64,000 bases of DNA from Octopus sinensis (taxonomy: Eukaryota): positions 47,740,001-47,804,000 of the forward strand of contig NC_043006.1 of assembly GCF_006345805.1 (NCBI RefSeq). The letters run 5' to 3'. Shown one piece after another: positions 12,147-25,764 of this stretch. Positions within the stretch are counted from its first letter, which is position 1; every line of letters starts with the position of its first letter. Below the pieces are notes generated by a model. It was given only the letters and a program-made list of their open reading frames with translations. It made no database searches and had not been told where the DNA came from. The translations under genes and the position numbers were made by a program.

Positions 12147-12338
12147 TTCTTTATTGACCACAGGGGACTAAACACAAAGGGATTAAGTTGATTACATCGT
12201 CCCCAGTGCGTAAATGGTACTTATTTAATCGACCACGAAAGGATGAAAGGCAAAGTCGACCTCGGCGGAATTTGAACTCAGAACGTAACGGCAGACGAAA
12301 TACCGCTAAGCAATTCGTCCGGCGTGCTTACGATTCTG
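12147..12338 (-). mobile_element. tRNA-derived SINE family B
   Basis: Reverse complement contains GCTTAGCGGTATTTCGTCTGCCGTTACGTTCTGAGTTCAAATTCCGCCGAGGTCGACTTTGCCTTTCATCCTTTCG; homologous to 25536-25764. Confidence 0.9.
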
Positions 12339-12349
12339 TAAGTGTATAA

Positions 12350-12408
<59 letters not shown>

Positions 12409-13734
12409 TTCAGAGACCCAAATAAGCAGGGTCGACTAAGTACAAGTGCACGAACCTTAGGGAATGTTGAGTGTGTATGATATTTGTGTGTCTGTATGTT
12501 TGTGCACGCGTGTATGTACGTTAGTCTGACTCTGCAGTTGCGTATGTAAAAGCTTCGTCGTGAGCCTTTGCAAGTCTTTCGATCCTCCATTGGATTACAG
12601 GTTAAAACTTCTTTTATCTCCGTCCTCTCAGAACCGACATTTTATTACAACCAAACTATAAATAGATGACTACTATCACATGCTTGAAAGGCTCTATTAA
12701 ACGGCAAACCCCTACAGGCATTGCGAACAGATCATGGAAACCAAACTGTCCTTTTGTACTTTAAATTGTTTTGAAATAAAATTGAATTGTGTTGGCTGAG
12801 CGAAGGGAGCAATAGTTTAGTTCAAAATTTGGAACAATTTCAGTTCTTTCCATTCAAGAAATAATCAGGAATTCAATAGAATGTATTGTGCAGATATTAG
12901 CACAGAAATTATACAATCGAAGCAGCTTGCACTATTTCAATTAGAAAGTGTAACCTTTACAAAAGGGCCAGTGACGTTGCCATCGATTTCTTTGAGATAA
13001 TAACATCAGAAAGCGTGCTGTCTAAAAGTTACTGCCATTCTTTCTCTCCTGCTTTCTAATGCCCATTTCTCTATTTCTTTCTCGACTCTGTCTTCGCATT
13101 CATGTTTGTTTCTCTATGTGTCCCTAAGTTTCTGGAATCCAAAGGTTTGGTTTTTCTTATATGATTAACAATAGCTTTGTTTTTTTATTGTCACATGTAC
13201 ATAAACGTATACACGCACCGCACACAAAGACAGATATATGCGCCCATATACATATCTATCCACACAAGCAGACACATACACTCACTCACACATACATACA
13301 TACACACATACATGCACATATATAATTATATATATACGTAAAATACAGGGTAGCCAATTTGTTTTAGAAATTTCACTACCAGTGACCTGGCATGTATAAA
13401 AAGTCAATAGACAACATATTCTCCATATAAAATTAGTGTACATTTAAGCACAAAAGAGGCGACCCAGTCAGACTAACATATATACACGCGTACACAAACA
13501 CACAACATAATAAAAAACAAACTAAAAAGAACAAGGTAATTTTTTTTATTTTTCATTCCCTTCGAAATTTCTCTTAAATGTGGTTTTGGTCCTTTTGACT
13601 GCTCCTTCTACCGTGTAAGGCTGCCTGTTAAGGGTTGCTTTTTTGTGTTTAAATGTACACTAATTATATATATATGCAGACATACATTTGTATGTAAACA
13701 TACACATATAAAGTTGCATAGATAGATACGTACA

Positions 13735-13788
13735 AACATACACATACATACATAGATACATACATACATACATACATACATACATACA

Positions 13789-13822
<34 letters not shown>

Positions 13823-13835
13823 CATATATATAAAT
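13735..13835. repeat. (TACA)n microsatellite
   Basis: Direct observation. Confidence 0.97.
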
Positions 13836-14375
13836 ATAGATATTAACATATATATTATTCCAGAAAGTGCTCAGTAAACTCCAGTTTTTATACAAGGGCG
13901 CTCATGCAAGTGCCTTTCACCTTAAGGGTAAATATGTCTTTGAGAAACACCAGTGGGAATTTTACTCATCACAAACGTTTTTTTTTTTCTTAAACCATTG
14001 AATATTCTGTGTGCTCAGAACATCTTGGCCAATCGCATGCCAGCAATACATACAGAAGGAATTTGAATGAACGTTACAATTTATACAGGTTATTGTAATG
14101 TCACTTATAAAATGTTGAACTGTCAACGCTGTTCTAGCTACTTACTGTTAAGTAAACTGAGATGTTGAGATTAATGTGTTTTTAATGACAGATACCATAG
14201 AATAGGTGCATCATGATAATGTAGATACGGAATCAACTTCATAATCAGGACTTCCCGTTTAAAAACACATACCAAACTTAGAAAATTGCCTTCCTTATTG
14301 CCTCACATATATCCAGTCCTTCACAAACTAAAGTTTCCTTCCCCTTCCTCATAAAAAAAATCATGAAATATAGGC

Positions 14376-14527
14376 CTACCAACCACATGGTTCCGGGTTC
14401 AGTCCCACAGTGTGGCACTTTGGGCAAGTGTCTTCTACTATAACCTCGGGCCGCCCAAAGCCGTGTGGGTGTATTTGGTAGACGGAAACTGAAAGAAGCT
14501 CATCGTATGTATATATATATATATATA

Positions 14528-14558
<31 letters not shown>

Positions 14559-14787
14559 GGTTGTGTGTGTGTGTGTTTGTGTGTCTGTGTTTGTCTCCCA
14601 ACATCGCTTGACAACCGATGTTGGTGTGTTTACGTCCCCGTAACTTAGCGGTTCGGCAAAAGAAACCGATAGAACAATTACTAGGCTTACAAAGAATAAA
14701 TCGTGAGGTCGATTTGCTCGACTAAAGGCGGTGCTTCTGCATGGCCACAGTCAAATGACTGAAACAAGTAAAAGAGTAAAAGAGTAA
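14376..14787 (+). mobile_element. tRNA-derived bipartite SINE family A (5'-truncated)
   Basis: B-box-like GGTTCCGGGTTCAGTCCC, body, internal (TA)/(TG) tract, 3' module ending GACTGAAACAAGTAAAAGAG; homologous to 23393 and 26633 copies. Confidence 0.92.
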
Positions 14788-16136
14788 ATATTTTCCACCC
14801 ATATTTATTAGCGAGAAAATTGAATAGTATTTACATATGTCACACTTCGGTTATGGTCGTAAAAATAAAGAAGATAGCTAACCCTTCACAGCATGAAGAG
14901 TTTGCATCCAAGTAATTCTCCTACTTCACACTCGTGTTAGGCAAACATAAATCTTTAAAATATTCTTAGTTTCTTTATAAATATGGCCATTTGTTCTGCT
15001 CTTTAACAGCCCTGCGAGAAACACTAATCTGGTCGGCTAACATCTTGTGAATGTATCTCTTCCTATGCGTAGAATTGATAGTTTAGCCACTTTCACTCTA
15101 CAAATTAACCTGCATTGAACTCTTATGTGATTCTCCATTTTGGAAGCGTTTTTCTCTCCGTGAAAACTAATGAGTCATAGATATGTTCTCTTTATTCTTA
15201 AATGTACAGCAAAAGGTCATATGTACTTCCAGATATTTTTCTGACTAATTCATAATTTTAACAACTACTTAGATAATATATATCGTTTTTCATTCCCTGT
15301 GGTACATCTGCACCCTACATATTCGTTGTAAAGAGAACGAGCAATATCAGAGACCGACGTATGTTTCCCTTTCAACATTCTGCTTACAGAGAGACATTAT
15401 TTTGTAACAGAATTATTACGACTTCGAAAGTATACCCGAAAACATTTAGAGCTATTAATTTTCTTTCGAAGGTCGATGTCCCAACAGGCTTGACACTGGC
15501 TTTTATACTTTTGGTCTTCGTTAAAAATAAATACACACTAATAACAATAGGCGATTTAATCGATCTTACCGTTCTGCAAATTTCTGACCTAATGTTGAAA
15601 TGACAAATAATATTTTGGTCATACTTTTTGTATAAGTGTAATTGGAAGTTATAGCGAGTGATTTACTGTATTAACATGGCTCTGTGATGTGTAAATATAT
15701 GTTTGAATATGTCCCATATGGCTGTTTATTTAATATGTGGATGCACATTTCGAAGTCTAGAATTTCAGACTGAATATATGCACCAATATGAATCACTGTA
15801 GATGTGGTAAAACGGACACATACACACACACACATACTCACACACACGTATGCAATTTACTATCATTTTGCTTATTTGTATTTGCTTAAGGCTATAAACA
15901 ATGCAGACTATAGAAACATAAGTATATGTGTGCGTGTATGTGTGCATATGTATGTATGTGTGTGTGCGTGTACGTTTGTGAGTGTGTGTGTGTGTATCTG
16001 TGTACACATATATGTAGTATGTGTAACTGTGGATGTTTTGGCTTGTATTACAAACATACATACTACATACCTATATATATATATATATCTATATATAATA
16101 TATATATACATGCATACATATATATAACATACATAT

Positions 16137-16237
<101 letters not shown>

Positions 16238-19200
16238 GTATGTGTGTAGCTTTATACAGGTATGTTTATGTATCTAATTAGATATAAATTTGTCGGTTTG
16301 GTTGTCTTCTATATATTCTTATACATCTCTGCACTTCCGTTTTTTACCATCAATATGACTTCTAGGCATATCATAAATAGCTTGGGAATAAAAAACGATT
16401 AGTTGAATCCATTTTCTACTAGCGAGAAATTATATTTCAAATCATAACCTCTACAATTACTTTAAATCTTTTTGATTATTTAACACAAAGAAATCCTAAA
16501 AAATGTTATGAACATCTTTGTTTCATACCCGGTAAAATATTATTGTAAACAAATGTTCAACTAGGTATTAGTTCCGTACTCAAGGAACTTATGTCTCTCT
16601 AACTTTACCAATATGTGAAGTAGTCAAGCAATTTGAAAGTATACAGTCATTAAATAGTTATATATTAAGTTATGGACCTCAGTATCATGATTGTACCGCA
16701 ATAAATTCTGGAAGCATTAGTGAAAATAAAATAGAGAACTTTTTCTTCGGCGCATTTCATAGTCATGAACGGCACATCTTCTAAAACATCCCTTATATAC
16801 TGTATTCTGTGTGTCGCTTGCCTTCTTAAAGGAAAACATTCTAACCCAGCTAACAATGTGTAAATGGTATGTATAAAAGAGATAGAGAAGTTGAAGGTTT
16901 AAGGGAAGCCCTGTCAACTGCAACTTGTGCTGTAGATAAACTAGGATTCATAACATTGACGTGTTCTGTTGCTATTTAGTGATGTGTTTCTCTCCAAATT
17001 AGCAGCTTGTGGCACCCACTGGCAACGCCAGAGGGAAATTTGACCATTGTCTATAATTAACAAAAGGTTCTCCTCTTGGGAGCAGGTTGTAGTTTGTTCT
17101 CCATAAAGGTCAAGTCCACAGAAACTGTCAGGAGGCTGGACATACATGCACATGTATGTATGTATGTATGTATGTATGTATGTATTATGTATGTATGTAT
17201 GTGTTGGGGTTTATAAATGTGTGTGCGTGTGTATAGGTATACATATAGATACGTACATTTGTAGACAGAAAAAGTAATAGAGAAAGAAAGACAAATAGAT
17301 TGTGAATGAAATTGAATAAATGATCAGTTACCCAGGGATAAAGAATCCCAGTTGGCATGTTTCCAACCAGTGGGAACAACCCCTGGTAAAATGAAATAAT
17401 GAGTCAGTGAGAAAATGAATGGGAGGTATGGATAATACTGACCAGAATGACCTCAGTGAACCTCCTGCTTCTCTGCCAGAGTGTTTATTTTAGTTGGTAT
17501 TTACTGGTTTCTACTAACAGACTTTGTACACTAAAGATGGACACTGCCCAAGTGTATAAAATTTTGTTTGGTCGTTTTGGGAATTGTGTGTTAACTACAA
17601 ATTGCTAGTCATATGACAAAGGGTTAACTCTGAAACTGATTTCAATTCGTGTTAAAGGCACTTAAAAGGGGGTCAATATTACATCGTGTGTATTTAATGA
17701 CACACGTCTTAGTCGTTTTGTCATTTGTCTTTTGTACATTTCCGCCATTGGGAGCAAGCGATCAGATTAATCTATGGATGCCCTTCACTCTTCTTCGTCC
17801 GTATATGCGAGTGCTTGAAAGTATCTGCATGTATATATGTGTGTATGTGTTTGCATGTGTTCGCTTGTGTAGATACGTGTGTGTTTTCTGTATAGGTTTG
17901 TACTTGTGTATCAATAAATGAGTTCGTATGTATGTTTGCCTTTGAGCATTTGGGTATGTTCATGCGTATGTATATGCGTGCAAAATGTCTTGTGTGTGTA
18001 TTTGTTTGTACAGGGATGCTCAAGTTTCATTTAAATGAGACAATTTATTAGGCGAAAAAGTGACATTCTTTCTGTAAATACGTGCACTACAGTAAAAGCA
18101 TGTATATGTGTGCATTTGTCAGCCTGGCTGCCCCGTAACTGTAACACATCCCGTAGCATGTGTACCTAAGATGTATGTATGCCTCTGTATAAACGAAGAT
18201 TCGTAATAGTGCATGGGTTTGCGTATTTACATTATGTATGTGTGTAACTATGTCCATATATACATCTAATTGTATTTCTATTCAGCATTTGTTTGCATAT
18301 ATATAACACACTCCTTCTCCTTGCCTGCCTGCCTGCCTGTCTTTCTCTTTCTCTTTCTCTTTCTCTTTATCTCACCCGGGCTATCACTTTTAAAACCACG
18401 AAGAGAAAGAGTGTGTGAATATGTGTGTGTGTTCGTGTAAACGTGTATCTGTATGCCCGTCAGTATACGTCTGCACAGATTTGTGTGTGTGTGTGTGAGT
18501 AGCCAAGTAATTTCTCATTTAACAACATAAATAGAACGACAGCGATGCAAGTCTTGACACACAAGGGGGTAAAAGAGAGGGCTAAGTAGGGGAGAGTGAA
18601 ACGTGGGTCAAGGTATGGTAATGGGGTGCTTATTTCAAGTCTGAAAGAAAGGGTCTAGAATATCTGCTGCCCTCTATCTCATACCTCAACTATTCCAATG
18701 AAGGTTTCATATTTGAAATATTATCAAGTAACTTTCCATTAGATACTTCCAACACTGATGTCGTTGTTTTTCCTGCGTTTATTTGCATTTTCGATATTAC
18801 TGTTGTCATTGTTGTTTTTGACGCTGCCGCCGCCATCTTTATTCTCGGTTGTTGTTGCTGTTGTTGCTGCTGTTAAAGTTGCTATTCTGGAAGATGGTGC
18901 ATAGTTCTGATAGTGCTGCTGTGATTTTAGTTATGTGTTTTTTTTGTTTGTTTGTTTGTTTTTTTTTTTTTGTCTGGCTGTTCCTATTATTCTTCTGGTT
19001 ATTGGTATTGTGGTTGAATGTCTGAGAGATGATTATGACGGATGGCACCTCTCGCTGCCAAATCACAAACATACACATTCACTCACACACACGCACACAG
19101 ATACGCACATATATACATGCATATATATTCATACACACGTGCATATATATGTATGTATGTGGTATGCGTCCATACATGAATCTATATATATATGTGTATT

Positions 19201-19277
19201 ATCTGGGTATGAGTATTTATATATATATATATATAAATATAAATACACACACATATATATATATGTAAGTATGTATG

Positions 19278-19343
<66 letters not shown>

Positions 19344-19355
19344 TATATATATTAT

Positions 19356-19386
<31 letters not shown>

Positions 19387-19686
19387 CATATATACATACA
19401 CACACACACACACACATATATAGAGATAGATATAGATATATATACGTAGAAAGAGAGAGAGAGAGAACTGCAATGAATAGCTCATCTCCCACACACACAT
19501 GTTTACACATAAACACACATCTGTGTTACTTTATGTTTGCGCACGGGACCACGTGTCTGCACACGCGAATATGTGCGTACGTATGCGCGTGTATGACTTG
19601 TAACGAAGATTATCCGGGATTTTATAGAACATTTATCGGAGAATATATGTTCCTTAACCGATCCCTAAAGTAACGTCTTCGTCTTC

Positions 19687-19698
19687 AATGACGTCATT
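19687..19698. promoter_or_regulatory. Palindromic CRE/ATF site within a CpG-richer unique patch
   Basis: AATGACGTCATT perfect 12-bp palindrome containing TGACGTCA (19689-19696). Confidence 0.35.
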
Positions 19699-20593
19699 AT
19701 ATCGATAATACAAAATATAAACTTTCCGGGAGCAGAAGTGCAGGATCTGTACTCTAAGCCATAAGTTCCCGTTTAGAAAACAACGCCGACAAGCGGGGCG
19801 TTTTAATTTCCGGTGAAAGTTAATTTCGTCGCTTTCTCTCTTGTTGTTTAGCCTAGATCACATCTCATTAAGGAGACATTCCAGCCGTCACCAGGCTCTA
19901 TTTTAAGAGTAACAACCACTACGTCATCTAATGTGTTTTGTCCATATTTAAAGACAATATATTCAGATATGAGAGATAGATTGGATGTTAATTCTAATAG
20001 AACGAGTGAATATATAGTCGCAGATTTCTTGGTTTATTAATTTAGTTGATTGTAACTTATAAATCATCGGAAATGAATGACAATCACAACATTCCATTAA
20101 CATTTATTGGTTTGTAACACACACTGTTGGATAAAAAATCCATAACTAGTTTTGCTAACTCGCTTCGATTTATTAAGATAATCCCGTTGCTCAAAGCTGA
20201 GCTGAATGCGCCAGATATACTGTTAAACATCATGCAGATGATTGTACCTAAGACTACATTAGTAAGCATGCTCGTCCTTTTGTGAGATCCTACAGTATTT
20301 GTTAGAGCCCTATGGTTTCAGTCTCAGGCAAGTCAAGCGAGAGCATGCAGGCTTCCCAGTTTCTTCATTTTGTTTGCATATGTATATATATAAACATAAC
20401 TGCATATAAATATTTATATATCGTAGTGAATAGAGTGTTGCACTAACGATCGCTAGACCGTAATTTCAATTCCACAGAACGAGTGGTGCGTAATACACTT
20501 CATCTCAATTCACTTTGCGATCACTTCATCACCTGACGCGTTGTACACAGTGAACCTGTTCAGGCAAAGTGATTTGAGAGAGAGAAAGAGAGA

Positions 20594-20636
<43 letters not shown>

Positions 20637-20744
20637 CTACTGTGCAACACGAACACTTGATCACTATAAACAAATGATCTGTGTAGGTCGTTTGGCAAAA
20701 ACTGAACGTTCATACGTAGTCCTCGACTGGAGAGCCAACAATAT

Positions 20745-20747
20745 ATC

Positions 20748-20807
<60 letters not shown>

Positions 20808-20903
20808 TATATATTATATATATTATATATTGTATATTATATATATATATATTATATATATATATATAATATATATATATATTATATATTATATATTATA
20901 TAT

Positions 20904-20945
<42 letters not shown>
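20745..20945. repeat. Degenerate (TA)n/(TATAT)n tract
   Basis: Direct observation. Confidence 0.95.
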
Positions 20946-20946
<1 letters not shown>

Positions 20947-21065
20947 CAGAAAGAGTGAGAATGGAAGACACATACTTGCGAGTACACAGTTTCTAAAGCT
21001 AATGCCAGTGATTAAGTAAATCCACTTCTTTTTGTCAATCATTAATTTGTATTACGCTCTATAAA

Positions 21066-21138
21066 GGCGGCGACCTGGCAGAATTCTTAGTACGCCGAGA
21101 AACATGCTTAGCGGCATTTCATTCGCCGTTATGTTCTG
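21066..21138 (+). mobile_element. SINE family B 5' head fragment
   Basis: GGCGGCGACCTGGCAGAATTCTTAGTACGCCG..ATGCTTAGCGGCATTTC. Confidence 0.75.
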
Positions 21139-21165
21139 CACAATTACTGTAGATGGTGATAGTGT

Positions 21166-22574
21166 TTATCTAAAGGTATATTTTCTTACGTGTGGGCATC
21201 TTAGACCTTCTTTCTGCCGTATGTTTATAAGAGAAAATTCAGAAGTGAAAATTTGGTACATTTCTTTCACACAAATATCATATCTATCATCACCTTTTCT
21301 ATAACGTTTGGCTCACTAATTATTTCCCAGACAATCGCATATGCTATCTTCTAGTGCTCAAATTAGTTTACTAACGCTAGTAGTATTCATTTTGTCCTTA
21401 ATCCTAAACGAATTCTTTGCTTAATATGACGTGAGCTAGCTCCGATATCATAGCACTCCCCAATTACTGGATTAACCTTACATATGTATACAATATTTTA
21501 ATACCTGCAATTATAGTTAAGCGGGCAAACACTGTTCATTGTACAATCGCATTTGATAGTTCTACTACTGCCATTAATAGTTTCGACTTCCGCATCACTA
21601 GAGGTAATTTCTAAATTCTGTCTATCATTTCCACATAGACAACATTCTTAATACTGCGCTTTCTAGGATTCACACCTTCCACTTCCTGGCTAATGCGCAA
21701 GTTTCTCCGGGTAGCTTCCATTCTACAGGTTGTCAAACCATAGTTCATATCCTCACACCTAGTCGGGTAACTTATGGTTTATTCGCTCATGTTGACATTG
21801 TTGTTATTTATTGATCTATAATTATTATCCTTGTTATTCTTTAATCCACAAATTGTTTAATCCACTAGCGTAGTGTGGTTCTATAATTTGTGTTAGATTT
21901 TTGCTATTAGAAATGGTTATTCTAAAGCTATGTTTATTAAATATTCTATAGTATTTACTGTACTTTTGAAAGTATTTCGCCTATGCTGAATAGAACAAAT
22001 GGACTCGCTATTGCTAGAGATGTTATTCTGGTATATCTATTTCTACTTACACTTTTTGTAAAATTATGTAAACTCATTACCTGATTTTTATTTCGCCATT
22101 GGGTTTGTTAGCTATTATATTTTTTAGTTATGAGTGTTGTAATATTGGAAGAGCTTACATATTGGTTACTGTCTGAGTGGGACCTCTTGATAGGTCCATT
22201 CTTATGTAAGTCACTTAGCACTGTATTTGGCACAAACTCATGTAAATTTCTACTCTGCTTTTTGGATCTAGGTACTCTATTATATTTCAATTGCACAGAT
22301 TTTCTATCGTTAACGCTTCCCACTGTCCGTTCGTGGTAGTTAATGGTGTTCTTCATATTATGCTCCCTGTTTTCATATTGTTCCCCCAGTTTAACGCCTC
22401 ATAGCGGTTAAACAGGGTGAAATATTCCTTAATAGGGCAGAATAAAATGTATATCCCTATAAAGTCAGTTACTTGTGCTGAATCTGTCGATCCCATAATT
22501 ATATCGAACATTTTAAGTCTATCATTTTGAACCAAGTACGTTCCCTCAAATTTGATAACTGATTTCGTAGCCAC
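21166..22574 (-). pseudogene. Decayed Penelope-like element: RT fragment, linker and GIY-YIG endonuclease
   Basis: FDIIMGSTDSAQVTDFIGIYIL (22446-22508; ~FDVTMGSxDGAEVCELVGLYIL); RIFNKHSFRITISNSKNLTQII; KCDCTMNSVCPLNYNCRY*NIVYICKV..YDIGASSRHIKQRI; TTSVSKLI*ALED; YAIVWEII; RYRKGDDRYDICVKE..LINIRQKEGLRCPHVRKY; collinear with the 35920-36597 ORF. Confidence 0.88.
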
Positions 22575-22979
22575 TTGAATAATATCTACCTCTTATTTGA
22601 GAGGATAAGATTAATTGAAGCATAATAGTTATGCTTATTTGCATGAAACGTGTTTTATTTTGTATCTGTATTTAGTGAGTCAGCTGATTACGACATATGA
22701 ACAAGACCGTAGTTTAAGCCGAAGTACTCAATATTTGTAGTTCTGAAGGGAAACAAGAAATTACTCAACGATTACCAGTACCAGTATCACTTTCTAAGCC
22801 TGTGTACTATGTAATAGATTGTGATGTATAGTCAGCATTTAAACCAGTTTGAGAGATAATACGGTACTCGCCAGGATAACTTACACTTTTGTACTCTCTA
22901 TATAGATGTATATATGTATGTTTGTGTTCGAGTGTGTACATGTGCGCACGCGCGCGTGTGTATCAGAAGCAAAAAAGAA

Positions 22980-23156
22980 TGTCTCAAGGTCCGAGAGTTT
23001 CGTGCGTTGGTACTGATCAATCTACTTAAAGGTTGTCGGTTAATAAAGCTAGTGAGAATTACATTTCCCTCTGCACTAACTATATAAACCCGCAACTCTT
23101 CGACCTGTAACTAATTTGATAAGTACCAATGCACTAAACGCTCGGACCTTGGGTCA
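22980..23156. mobile_element. MITE-like foldback, 41-bp TIRs
   Basis: TGTCTCAAGGTCCGAGAGTTTCGTGCGTTGGTACTGATCAA (22980-23020) vs the reverse complement of 23116-23156, 35/41 identical. Confidence 0.7.
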
Positions 23157-23392
23157 CTCTGTTGCTTCAACGAAATATACATATACTCATATTTTGAGTT
23201 CAATATATCCTGTTTACATCAAATAATTATATGAATGTATGTATGTATAAAAGTTAAATCCACCTTCTTTCTTTCCTTTCCTGAGCGTCCAATAACACTA
23301 TACTTGTTCCACGTCCTCGCGTTGTTGTGTTTTCCCTTTGTGTTTTCTTGTTTGGATTAATTTTATATATTGGAGTAGGTGTTTGGTAACTA

Positions 23393-23557
23393 GGCCTAGG
23401 AGTGGCAGTGTAATAAGTAGCTTGCTTACCAACCACATGGTTCCGGGTTCAGTCCCACTACGTGGCACGTTGGGAAAATGTCTTCTACTATAGCCTCGGG
23501 ACGACCAAAGTCTTGTGAGTGGATTTGGTAGAGGGAAATTGAAAGAATCCCGTCGTG

Positions 23558-23590
<33 letters not shown>

Positions 23591-23821
23591 ATAAATATAT
23601 ATATGTGTGTGTGTGTGTGTGTTGTCTCCCAACATCGCTTGGCATCCGATGCTGGTGTGTTTACGTCCCCGTAACTTAGCGGTTCGGCAAAAGAGACCGA
23701 TAGAATTAGTACTAGGCTTACAAAGAATAAGTCCTGGGGTCGATTTGCTCGACTAAAGGCGGTGCTCCAGCATGGCCGCAGTCAAATGACTGAAACAAGT
23801 AAAAGAGTTAAAGAGTAAAGA

Positions 23822-23823
<2 letters not shown>
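23393..23823 (+). mobile_element. SINE family A, full length
   Basis: A-box-like GGAGTGGCAGTGTAATAAG, B-box GGTTCCGGGTTCAGTCCC, internal microsatellite, 3' module, AAAGAGT tail repeats. Confidence 0.93.
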
Positions 23824-23869
<46 letters not shown>

Positions 23870-23871
<2 letters not shown>

Positions 23872-24415
23872 GGAGTAAAACGCCCTCCGTCCAATGGATG
23901 GTGTTGAATCATATCTGCTGAATAAAAAGCAATCAGTGTTTTTTTTCATTAAAAAATAATTAAGCATGCCTTGATTTCAATAAAATTTTTGGTTTTGTTA
24001 AACGAAGTTAGGGTAAAGAAAAAAAAGGCTTCTTGAGAAACCAAATAGTCTTTCTTTCCTTCATGCCCTGTTTGAAGAAAATATCTCTTTTGCATCTTAA
24101 ATTTTTGGTCTCTTAAATATACTGCATTTTGTGGCATTATTTCAAGGCAGCGGGCTTTTTTTTCGCAAACTGCACGTGTACTTTTCTCGCGTACGCATAG
24201 TATCAATCGCAACATCTGATGTACTTGCGCGTACAAATGCACGTTCCCACGACTTTATCGATCGCACTCTCACCTGGAATCAAGTTTTGTAATTTTTGCA
24301 AGATTTATACACGTCCTGATACCGTCGGTATCTACATATCAAATTTGAGCGCAATCGGATGGACGATGTCCGAGATCCTGGAAGACACACACACACAGAC
24401 AGACATTACGGATTT

Positions 24416-24425
<10 letters not shown>
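23870..24425 (-). mobile_element. Probable non-autonomous Helitron/Helentron-type element
   Basis: Minus strand begins TATATAAAATCCGTAATGTCTGTCTGTGTGTG..CATCCGATTGCGCTCAAATTTG, resembling the 27626 Helitron start; far end has a hairpin ACGGAG/CTCCGT (23870-23890) but no CTAG. Confidence 0.5.
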
Positions 24426-24479
<54 letters not shown>

Positions 24480-24664
24480 TATATGTATGTAGTCGACACC
24501 TAACTGGCAGGATATATAATGCCGACAATCCCTGGCAACGGTACTGGTAACGTAAATTTATATGCAATCTGACACCATCAACTCGCTACCTCTTCAAATG
24601 GAAACTTTGTTGTTGAAATGCTATATATGCTACAAAATATTAGCTGATGCCAAATATCTATCTA

Positions 24665-25000
24665 ACTCACATGGTCTCGGGTTCATTCCCATTGCGTGAC
24701 ACCTTGGGCACGTCAGGCCGACCAAAGACTTGTGAGTGAATTTGGTAGAGAGAAACTGAAAGAAGCTTGTTCTATATATATGTATATATCTTTGTGTGTA
24801 TGTCTGCCTGTCTACCCCATCACCGCTTGATAATCGATGTTGGCGTGTATACGTTCTCGTAATCTAGAGGTTCGGCAACAGACCGATAAGAATAAGTAAA
24901 ATGCTTAAAGACTAAGTTCTGAGGTCGATTTGCAAAACTTAAAACTTTCGAAGCGATGCTGCAGCATGGCCGCAGTCAAATTACTGAAACGCGTAAAATA
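24665..25000 (+). mobile_element. SINE family A, diverged
   Basis: Head, body and 3' module all recognisable. Confidence 0.85.
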
Positions 25001-25423
25001 ATAAACGAATAAAGGAATATATATACATGCAATCATATATACATCACTAAGGTATATAATTACATCGTTATACGATTCGTAGTATATCACTAAGTTAGTA
25101 AACTAGGGGACTTTAATCAGCGCTGGATTACGTGTCTTGAAAAATGCTATTTTCTTCCCTTTCTAAAAAAATTTGACCTTGATATTCATAATGAGATTAT
25201 CTCTGCTACTTATGTCTGTATATTAAACATCTTCAAAACGTTCGGCTCAATTCACTTGACTCTAATCAAACACAATTCTGGTTTGCTGCCAAAATAATAT
25301 ATCGATTTATTCAATTTATTCAGATGAATTTCCATTATAAACTGTTGAAACGAAACACTGATGAAATAACATACATCTCATTGTACCTACATGATTCCTA
25401 ATTATTAATCGCAGAATCTGTGC

Positions 25424-25456
<33 letters not shown>

Positions 25457-25483
25457 TAAGTGTGATTCTTTGTGTTTGTATGA

Positions 25484-25532
<49 letters not shown>

Positions 25533-25535
25533 ACA

Positions 25536-25764
25536 TATTTCTTTATTGTCTACAATGGGCTAAACATAGAGGGGACAAACAAGGACAGACAAAGGGATTA
25601 AGTCGATTATATTGACCCCAGTGCGTAACTGGTACTTTATTTATCGACTCCGAAAGGATGAAAGGCAAAGTCGAACTCGGCGGAATTTGAACTCAGAGCA
25701 TAACGGCAGACGAAACACCGTAAGTATTTCGCGAGGCGCGCTAACGTTTCTGCTAACTCGCCGC
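25536..25764 (-). mobile_element. SINE family B, near full length
   Basis: Homologous to 12147-12338 and includes the 5' GCGGCGAG head. Confidence 0.92.

Noticed and set aside
20084-20269. Hydrophobic 61-aa minus-strand ORF with an overlapping open plus frame
   Set aside because: No convincing paired splice sites or known motif
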